A stretch of DNA of 50,207 nucleotides. Source: Candidatus Undinarchaeota archaeon (GTDB taxonomy: Archaea; SpSt-1190). Positions 43,797 to 50,207 of the stretch are shown here, piece by piece. Position 1 is the first letter of the stretch, and every line of letters begins with the position of its first letter. The stretch spans positions 1 through 50,207 of the forward strand of contig CAYVAH010000002.1 in assembly GCA_964449215.1 (NCBI GenBank). Reading direction: 5' to 3'. A program made the position numbers and the translations under genes. Below the pieces are notes generated by a model, which searched no databases, was not told the DNA's origin, and worked only from the letters and a program-made list of their open reading frames with translations.

Positions 43797-44726
43797 GTGG
43801 TAAAGCTCGCAAAAACGCCCTTCGGTTTCTTTGCCATTGAGGAGCCGAACCAGATTGTTGAAATGAAGGAGCTGCCCAGGAACGCCAAGGAGGTCGCAAA
43901 GCTCCTGACCGGTGATGCATTCGAAAAGTGGAAGGAAAAAATAAGCAAGAAATATGAGGTCGAAGCGGGGTTGATGGACCCGCTGCAGGTCGCTTCCCTT
44001 ATCGGTGTGAAGAGGAAGGAGTTTCTGGAGTTCACGCGCAAAGTGGAGCTCGAAGCGGCCAGGATACAGCTCAAAGGTGCAATCGGGAAGGACTACATAG
44101 TGATACAGGCTGTGTCCGGCCTGGACGATTTGAACAAGAGCATCAACATCATGCTCAACCGCATACGGGAATGGTACGGTCTGCACCACCCGGAGCTGAA
44201 GGAAGAGAACCACGAGAAGTTCCTGCGCATGGTGGTCGAAGGAAAGCGCAGGGAGAGCATGGGCATCGAACTATCTGAGGCCGACCGGAAGGCCATGGTC
44301 AACACCGCTAAAACGATACTTGAGATGTTCAAAACCAAAGAAAAGCTGGAGAAATATCTGGAGAAGCTCATGAGAGAGGTGGCACCCAACCTGACGGCTC
44401 TGGCAGGCCCAAACCTGGGAGCGCGACTTATCGAACGTGCCGGGAGCCTCAAGAACCTTGCGGAACTGCCTGCCAGCACAATCCAGGTCCTGGGGGCCGA
44501 GCGCTCCCTGTTCAAGCACCTGCAGAAGGGCACACCTTCTCCCAAGCATGGTGTGATATTCCAGCACCCGGTCGTGAACCGCGCGCCGAAATCCAAGAGG
44601 GGGAAGCTCGCGCGGACCCTGGCGGCAAAGCTCGCACTGGCCGCGAGGGTGGACTACTATTCCAAAGAGGTCAAGCCATTCCTCGTGAAGGAATGGGAAG
44701 AAAGGGTTAAGGAGGTGCTGTCTTGA
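43797..44726 (+). CDS. nop5: box C/D RNP protein Nop5 (Nop56/58)
   Basis: IREWYGLHHPEL, APNLTALAG, PASTIQVLGAE, PKHGVIFQHP, RGKLARTLAAK. Confidence 0.95.
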   Translation: MVKLAKTPFGFFAIEEPNQIVEMKELPRNAKEVAKLLTGDAFEKWKEKISKKYEVEAGLMDPLQVASLIGVKRKEFLEFTRKVELEAARIQLKGAIGKDYIVIQAVSGLDDLNKSINIMLNRIREWYGLHHPELKEENHEKFLRMVVEGKRRESMGIELSEADRKAMVNTAKTILEMFKTKEKLEKYLEKLMREVAPNLTALAGPNLGARLIERAGSLKNLAELPASTIQVLGAERSLFKHLQKGTPSPKHGVIFQHPVVNRAPKSKRGKLARTLAAKLALAARVDYYSKEVKPFLVKEWEERVKEVLS

Positions 44727-44944
44727 AATTCCCGGAATATGACGCCTTTGAAAAAATGATTATGGCTGTGATAGGCATCGTTACACTGCTGGGGTTCTAC
44801 TACGCCAGGACCATATATCGGATGGCACAGGAGATGGTCTATGAGCCCAACGTGATTCTCGGCGTGCTTCTGTTCATCATCCTTGAAGTCATGCTGCTCA
44901 ACGCCGTGCTCCTGTACTCAATGCTGAAGGGTCGGTCAAAATGA
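44723..44944 (+). CDS. small 2-TM membrane protein between nop5 and fibrillarin
   Basis: 73 aa, 4-nt overlaps with both neighbours. Confidence 0.65.
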   Translation: MKFPEYDAFEKMIMAVIGIVTLLGFYYARTIYRMAQEMVYEPNVILGVLLFIILEVMLLNAVLLYSMLKGRSK

Positions 44945-45573
44945 TCATAAGAATTGGCAGGGAACTTGCAACCGAGAACCTCGTCCCGGGACAGAGCGTT
45001 TATGGTGAACGGCTGATCCGCCGGAAGGGCAAAGAGTTCCGGCTCTGGAACCCGAAGCGCAGCAAGATAGCGGCGGCAATTCTCAAGGGCATGAAAGTCC
45101 CCTTCAAGGAGGACTGGAAGGTGCTCTACCTTGGTGTTGCCAGCGGGACCACCGCCTCGCACCTGAGTGACATCATCCGCAAAGGAATGATATTCGGCGT
45201 TGACCCAGCACCCCGCGTGCTGCGGGAGTTCCTCCTCCTGTCCGAGACCCGGCCCAACCTGGTGCCCTTGCTCAAGGATGCCAACCGACCGGAGTCCTAC
45301 CGGGACGTGGTGCCGGAGGTGGACTTTCTCTACCAGGACGTCGCCCAGCCAAACCAGGCACAGATACTCGTCAAGAACGCCAACATGTACCTCAAGCGGG
45401 GCGGGCTGGCATTCGTCGCCGTCAAGTCCCGCAGTATAGATGTAACAGCGAACCCGAAAAAGGTCTTCAACAGGTTCAAGCGCGAGCTTCACGGGCTGGA
45501 AATACTCGACGAGAAGCGACTGGAGCCATTCGAGAAGGACCATCTGGCGTTGCTGTTGAGAAAGACCAAGTGA
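44941..45573 (+). CDS. flpA: fibrillarin (box C/D 2'-O-methyltransferase)
   Basis: WNPKRSKIAA, VLYLGVASGTTASHLSD, DANRP, DVAQPNQA, LEPFEKDH. Confidence 0.97.
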   Translation: MIIRIGRELATENLVPGQSVYGERLIRRKGKEFRLWNPKRSKIAAAILKGMKVPFKEDWKVLYLGVASGTTASHLSDIIRKGMIFGVDPAPRVLREFLLLSETRPNLVPLLKDANRPESYRDVVPEVDFLYQDVAQPNQAQILVKNANMYLKRGGLAFVAVKSRSIDVTANPKKVFNRFKRELHGLEILDEKRLEPFEKDHLALLLRKTK

Positions 45574-45606
45574 ACAACTATTATATTTTCTGCACTCTAA
45601 CATACT

Positions 45607-46086
45607 GTGCTCCCTGAAAAAAACTACCGCGCCCTGAAAACCATAATTGAGAGAGTCAAAGACCACAAAATAAACTGGGCCGTTGTTGGCAGCACCAACC
45701 TGTGTATACAGGGTGTGAACGTAACCCCAAACGACATTGACATCCTGACGGATAAAGAGGGAGCACTCCTTCTGAACGAATTGCTTGAAGACTTTGCAGT
45801 CACGCCCGTTAGTTGGTCGGAAACCAAACGTTTCAAAAGCTGGTTCGGTGTCTTCAACATTCATGGTTGTAAAGTTGAGGTTATGGGAGACCTGCACAGC
45901 AGAGTGCCTGAAGGTGACCTCTGGAGTGAGACTGCTGGCTTTTCCGCCAGAGTTACAGTCAGTTACAGGGGACTTAAAGTACCCGCCATTTCCCTGAGAA
46001 GAGAATATGAGACATACCTGAAATTGGGGAGAACTAAAAAAGCGGAAATGATAGCCAGGCATCTGGGCGCACAAGAGCAGGATTAA
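45607..46086 (+). CDS. Pol-beta-type nucleotidyltransferase domain protein
   Basis: WAVVGSTNLCIQG...PNDIDIL, KVEVMGD. Confidence 0.8.
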   Translation: MLPEKNYRALKTIIERVKDHKINWAVVGSTNLCIQGVNVTPNDIDILTDKEGALLLNELLEDFAVTPVSWSETKRFKSWFGVFNIHGCKVEVMGDLHSRVPEGDLWSETAGFSARVTVSYRGLKVPAISLRREYETYLKLGRTKKAEMIARHLGAQEQD

Positions 46087-46718
46087 CCACACGACTGCAA
46101 CCCCACCAGCGATTCCAGAGACTCAACGGCACTTGAAAGGTCCTTTCTATCAACTATGAGAATAGTATCCGTCCAGCAGCTGAGGAACTCTATTATGTTC
46201 ACCCCTGCATCACACAATGTCATGCAAATCTGTGCAACAACACCAGGGGTGCTCTCTATCAGAGGGGGGCTGCGAATTACCAGCTCGACTACTTCCTCAT
46301 AGCTCTTGAAGGCATATTTTTTCAATTCATGGCCGAAAGACGCGGGCAGCACTGCAACCCAGACCCCTGGCTCCTGTAAAATGTGGAACTCTTCATTACG
46401 GAGATGTGCCTTCTTCAAAAAATCCAGCACCTTATCAAAACCTTCACGGCCTATGAACACAGAAATTCCCGTCCTTATCTCGATTCGCGAGTTCTCCAGA
46501 ACCTCCTTGGCCTGACGAGGTTCCTTGAACTCCATACGCCTCAGCGCCATGTGGACTGCATGGAACTTGTCAGTGCCCAGATCCTTGGCAATTTTCCGTG
46601 CCAGGGCTGAAAGGTTAACCACACCCCCGGCAAGCGCATGTCTCAAGTAAACACTCTTACGGACGTATTCCCCAACTCTTCTGGCTATGCTCTCCACCAT
46701 GTCAATTATTAGACACAT
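46083..46718 (-). CDS. putative regulator: N-terminal helical domain + C-terminal ACT domain
   Basis: VNLSALARKI...VHMALRR; STPGVVAQICMTLCDAGVNIIEFLSCWTDTILIV; alternative ATG at 46700; divergent from argG. Confidence 0.75.
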   Translation of the reverse strand: MCLIIDMVESIARRVGEYVRKSVYLRHALAGGVVNLSALARKIAKDLGTDKFHAVHMALRRMEFKEPRQAKEVLENSRIEIRTGISVFIGREGFDKVLDFLKKAHLRNEEFHILQEPGVWVAVLPASFGHELKKYAFKSYEEVVELVIRSPPLIESTPGVVAQICMTLCDAGVNIIEFLSCWTDTILIVDRKDLSSAVESLESLVGLQSCG

Positions 46719-46779
46719 AAGTATAAATTATTTGAGTTTTAGTCGAATTTTTTAAAATAGGGATAAACAAGAGGCTCAC

Positions 46780-47988
46780 ATGTATGAGGTAAAGCCGGAA
46801 GATGCTAGTCATGTCCTGCTGATGTATTCGGGAGGTCTGGACACCAGCGCAATATTGCTGTGGCTACAGGAGAAAGGAGCGAGGGTCAGCACACTTACTG
46901 TTGATCTAGGCCAGGGGGAAGACCTGAAAAAAGTGAAAGAGAAGGCTATCGAACTTGGCGCCCATCGTGCTTTTATTATCGACGCAAAAAGAGAATTTGT
47001 CGAGGATTATGTGACACCGAGCATAAAGGCAAATGGGCTGTACATGGGCATTTATCCCCTCTTCACGGCCCTCAGTCGCCCATTGATATCCGAGAAGGCT
47101 GTCAAGCTCGCAAAGAGAATCAGAGCTGAGGCAATAGCACATGGCTCGACTGGAAAGGGCAACGACCAGGTAAGACTGGAGCTTAACACCTTGGTACTGA
47201 ACCCGGATATGAAGATAGTCGCACCTGTCAGAACATTCAAGCTTAGCAGGGCTGAAGAGCTGAATCTCCTGAAAGGCTGTGGCCTTGACATTTCGAGCTG
47301 GGCTCACAAAGACTACAGCATAGATGAAAACCTGTGGGGTATAAGTTTCCAGGGTTCCGAAATATCCAGCCCCAGCAATCAAGTGTCATCCAAGGTGTTC
47401 GACCATGCTAAAGAGTATTTCCCGGAATTCAACCCACCCGAATCCGCTCCTGACAAACCAGAGGTCATAGAAATAGGATTCAGAAATGGTGTTCCCACGA
47501 GCTTGAATGGACAGAAGCTGGATTTGGGGGGTATTATAAACCAGTTAAATGCACTCGGAGCCAAGCATGGTGTTGGAATCATTGATTATGTGGAAGACTA
47601 TATTTTCGGCCATAAGGGGAGGGAGTTCTATATCGCTCCAGCAGCGGAGATAATAATAACTGCCCACAAAGACCTGGAGCATCTCCTGTTACCGAAAAAG
47701 CTTCTTCATGAAAAACAACAGATGGATTCCAAATGGAGCTACATGGTATACCACGGGTGGTGGTATCATAAGTTCAAGTGTATCCTCCAAGAATCTATTG
47801 AGAAGATGAATGAAAATATAGCGGGCAGTGTCACTCTCAAACTATACAAGGGAAAAGTGAGTGTCCTGTCCAGAGAATCCCCAAACACACCAAAGCTTCT
47901 TTACAGCGAGAAACTTGGTGCAGCTGGTTTCGACGAGCTGGCAAGCCCCGGCTTTATAGAACTGTCAAGCCTGGAGATGGTGCTATGA
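46780..47988 (+). CDS. argG: argininosuccinate synthase
   Basis: MYSGGLDTS, LSRPLI, HGSTGKGNDQVR, SIDENLWG, HGVG, LYKG. Confidence 0.96.
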   Translation: MYEVKPEDASHVLLMYSGGLDTSAILLWLQEKGARVSTLTVDLGQGEDLKKVKEKAIELGAHRAFIIDAKREFVEDYVTPSIKANGLYMGIYPLFTALSRPLISEKAVKLAKRIRAEAIAHGSTGKGNDQVRLELNTLVLNPDMKIVAPVRTFKLSRAEELNLLKGCGLDISSWAHKDYSIDENLWGISFQGSEISSPSNQVSSKVFDHAKEYFPEFNPPESAPDKPEVIEIGFRNGVPTSLNGQKLDLGGIINQLNALGAKHGVGIIDYVEDYIFGHKGREFYIAPAAEIIITAHKDLEHLLLPKKLLHEKQQMDSKWSYMVYHGWWYHKFKCILQESIEKMNENIAGSVTLKLYKGKVSVLSRESPNTPKLLYSEKLGAAGFDELASPGFIELSSLEMVL

Positions 47989-49127
47989 AAACAGTCTGGG
48001 GAGGAAATACCCCCAAATGGCTCACAAAATTCCTGAGTGAGGAGGACCAGAAAATGGATGCAAAGCTCCTGAAGTATGAAATTGCCGTGACAAAAGCCCA
48101 TGCCAAAGTGCTGAGGGACCTGGGAGTCCTGGACGACTCCGAACTGGCTAACGTGCTGGGGACCCTGGACGACCTTGAAACAGATAAAATTGACGCAGAG
48201 GACGTGCACAGCTATGTGGAACTAAAGCTAACAGAGAAGCTAGGAGACACTGGGAAAAAGATTCACATCCTCAGGTCCAGAAATGACGCCATCGCCATGG
48301 ACATGAGGCTCTATATGCTCGAAGCAATTGAAGAAGTTGGGACCTTGCTCAACAAACTGATCGCCACATGCAATAAATGTAAGAAAAAGCTGGAGGCCAT
48401 ACCTGTCCCGGGATTTACCCACCTTCAACCAGCTATGCCCTTCACCGCCGGTGGTTACCTCGGAGCATTCGCCGAAAGCTTGGAGGATGACCTGGTATTA
48501 TTCACCTCCCTGAAAAAGTTACTTTCCAAGAGCTGTTTGGGTTCCGGAGCTGGTTTTGGGCTCCCGGTCAGAATCAACAAGGAAGCGTACTCCAAGTTGC
48601 TGGGTCTCCAAGGGCATATCAAGAATCCTCTCTATGCAGTCCTATCCCGTCCGAAAATGGAACGCCTGTACCTGAGCTGGCTCGAAACCATAGCCAAGTC
48701 CATCGAAAGCTTCTGCTCCACAGCGATATTCCTGATTCATGAGGGAATATTCAAGCTCCCTGATTATCTGACCACCGGTTCCAGCATAATGCCCCAAAAG
48801 AAAAACCCAGATATATTTGAAGTCATGAGGGGAAGAAGCAAGAGAATAGGTGCCTATGCCAGGTTCGTCTCCAGTATCGACACCAATCTCGGCGTCGGTT
48901 ACTTCAGGGACTTCCAAGAAACCAAGTTCGCAGTATTCGAGGCCACAGAGACCATCATGGAACTGTTGTCAGTGATGACCAGAGTGCTGCCATCACTGAA
49001 CGCCAATAAAAAAATTATACCTGGAACAGAGAAAACTGCCAGGGCGATAGAACTCGCAATGAACGGCACTCCCTGGAGGGATGCATATATTTCATTGAAG
49101 AACGATATGACCAATGAAAAGCTTTAA
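47985..49127 (+). CDS. argH: argininosuccinate lyase (short)
   Basis: EDVH, RSRND, GFTHLQPA, TTGSSIMPQKKNPD, PWRDAY. Confidence 0.93.
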   Translation: MKTVWGGNTPKWLTKFLSEEDQKMDAKLLKYEIAVTKAHAKVLRDLGVLDDSELANVLGTLDDLETDKIDAEDVHSYVELKLTEKLGDTGKKIHILRSRNDAIAMDMRLYMLEAIEEVGTLLNKLIATCNKCKKKLEAIPVPGFTHLQPAMPFTAGGYLGAFAESLEDDLVLFTSLKKLLSKSCLGSGAGFGLPVRINKEAYSKLLGLQGHIKNPLYAVLSRPKMERLYLSWLETIAKSIESFCSTAIFLIHEGIFKLPDYLTTGSSIMPQKKNPDIFEVMRGRSKRIGAYARFVSSIDTNLGVGYFRDFQETKFAVFEATETIMELLSVMTRVLPSLNANKKIIPGTEKTARAIELAMNGTPWRDAYISLKNDMTNEKL

Positions 49128-49909
49128 TGCCCGACCCCCTGAAAATTTGTGTGGACGTGTCCTTCATAATCCCCGCCTTCAACGAGGAGAAGTATATCCT
49201 GAGAACCTTGAGGTCCATCGCACGTCAGAAGACCAACCTGAAATACGAAATCATTGTTGTGGATAATGGTTCCACAGACAGGACGGTGGAACTCGCCAAG
49301 AGATACGCACGTGTCATTCACCAGAAGGAAAAGGGAATTGCGGCCACCCGAAACCTGGGAGCAAAGCATGCAAAGGGCAGGTTGCTCATCTTTGTGGATG
49401 CAGATACTTACCTCCCTCGCAACTATCTCTCAAAGGTCTGGAAGAGGATGAACGAAGGAGTTGTGGCATTGACAGCGAGAATCAGGTTTCAAACCAGGCG
49501 GAACACCCCGAAGGAAACAAGAAGAGTTCTATCGCTCGCAACGAAGGTTGTGAACGCGATTCTCCAATTACTGTCAAAAATTGGAAAAACAAAACTGGCC
49601 GGGGTGAATACCGCTGTGTGGAAGGACGCATTCAACAAGGTCGGCGGCTTCCCGAATGTCCCGAGCGAGGACGTTGCATTCTCCAAAAATATCCGGAAGC
49701 TGGGAAAGACAGAGTTCTACATGGGCACCTATGTGATTACCTCATCAAGGAGATTCGAAGACACCAAGAACCTGGCCCAGGCCGTGGTCTATTACCTGAC
49801 ACGTGACGTGATCTCGGGGCTCAAGCTGAGCAACACCAAAGGGCTGAACAACCTGGGAAAACTCCTCGAAAAAAAAGTAGGGTTCTCAAAGTATAGGGGC
49901 GTCCGCTGA
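49127..49909 (+). CDS. GT2 family glycosyltransferase
   Basis: SFIIPAFNEE, IVVDNGSTD, RNLGAKHAKG, FVDAD, GGFP...SED, TSSRRF. Confidence 0.92.
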   Translation: MPDPLKICVDVSFIIPAFNEEKYILRTLRSIARQKTNLKYEIIVVDNGSTDRTVELAKRYARVIHQKEKGIAATRNLGAKHAKGRLLIFVDADTYLPRNYLSKVWKRMNEGVVALTARIRFQTRRNTPKETRRVLSLATKVVNAILQLLSKIGKTKLAGVNTAVWKDAFNKVGGFPNVPSEDVAFSKNIRKLGKTEFYMGTYVITSSRRFEDTKNLAQAVVYYLTRDVISGLKLSNTKGLNNLGKLLEKKVGFSKYRGVR

Positions 49910-50089
49910 TGGGGGTCACCCTGTGAACACGTATAAATCCAGTACCGGTGCATTGCGCTTCACGGCTTGCCAAGAATCAATACAGGGGGCCCACGCCTAT
50001 CAACTCGAAAAATTCCCGAAGCGCCCCGGCCGGGCCGGTAAATTTGGTGCCAAAAATCATATATATGTTTAAACTTTTTTAACTATTGT

Positions 50090-50207
50090 ATGAAATATGA
50101 AACTGATATTGTTTCACTTGCTCGGGAGGCAGGAGGAGTCATAGACCTGCTAAGTCTTAACTCTTTGAAGATTCCAAATGCACGGCAAAAGATAAGCTAT
50201 GCGCTTA
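50090..50207 (+). CDS. hypothetical protein, partial (runs off window end)
   Basis: ATG at 50090 after an AT-rich promoter region; open to the end (MKYETDIVSLAREAGGVIDLL...). Confidence 0.5.
   Translation, partial: MKYETDIVSLAREAGGVIDLLSLNSLKIPNARQKISYAL

Noticed and set aside
43797-44726. Nop-domain protein as a TIGR-Tas or IS110-type effector
   Set aside because: It has the canonical Nop5 N-terminal/coiled-coil/Nop layout next to fibrillarin, with no nuclease domain and no flanking repeat array.
1-50207. Transposase, integrase, cas or recognisable defence genes
   Set aside because: No DDE, HUH/Y1, tyrosine-recombinase, Cas or restriction-modification motifs were recognised in any ORF.

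Overview
Archaeal chromosomal window, probably from a DPANN-type lineage (inferred from gene content, GGTGA Shine-Dalgarno motifs, TATA-type promoters and a tRNA-Ile(UAU)). It is gene-dense and mostly housekeeping. Replication and chromatin: FEN1, Hjc, SMC, MCM, histone. Transcription and translation: rpo7-spt4-S24e-S27ae, an Lsm-L37e-L23-L2-S19-L22-S3 block, S8e, AsnRS, Nop5 and fibrillarin. Metabolism and other: a ~11.5 kb gluconeogenesis/glycogen cluster (tpi, FBP aldolase/phosphatase, debranching enzyme, GT4, GH57, HAD phosphatase, GT3 glycogen synthase, GalT, ADP-dependent sugar kinase, phosphohexomutase), LonB, MgtE, a GHMP-family mevalonate decarboxylase, and an argG-argH pair with a divergent ACT-domain gene. 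There are three tRNAs: Glu-CTC, intron-containing Ile-TAT and Ser-CGA. No CRISPR array, transposase or integrase was seen. The strongest hidden signal is a candidate box C/D sRNA antisense to the 3' end of smc, with one guide complementary to the 16S rRNA 3' end (anti-SD) and the other resembling the complement of the 23S rRNA 5' end. Other notable items are the tRNA-Ile(UAU), a 270-bp structured insert between duplicated tRNA-Ser 5' ends, a 32-aa histone-H1-like Lys-rich microprotein, an SMC with a strongly reduced hinge, and a cutA-like remnant. All assignments come from motif recognition by eye; no database searches were run and GC statements are visual, not computed.
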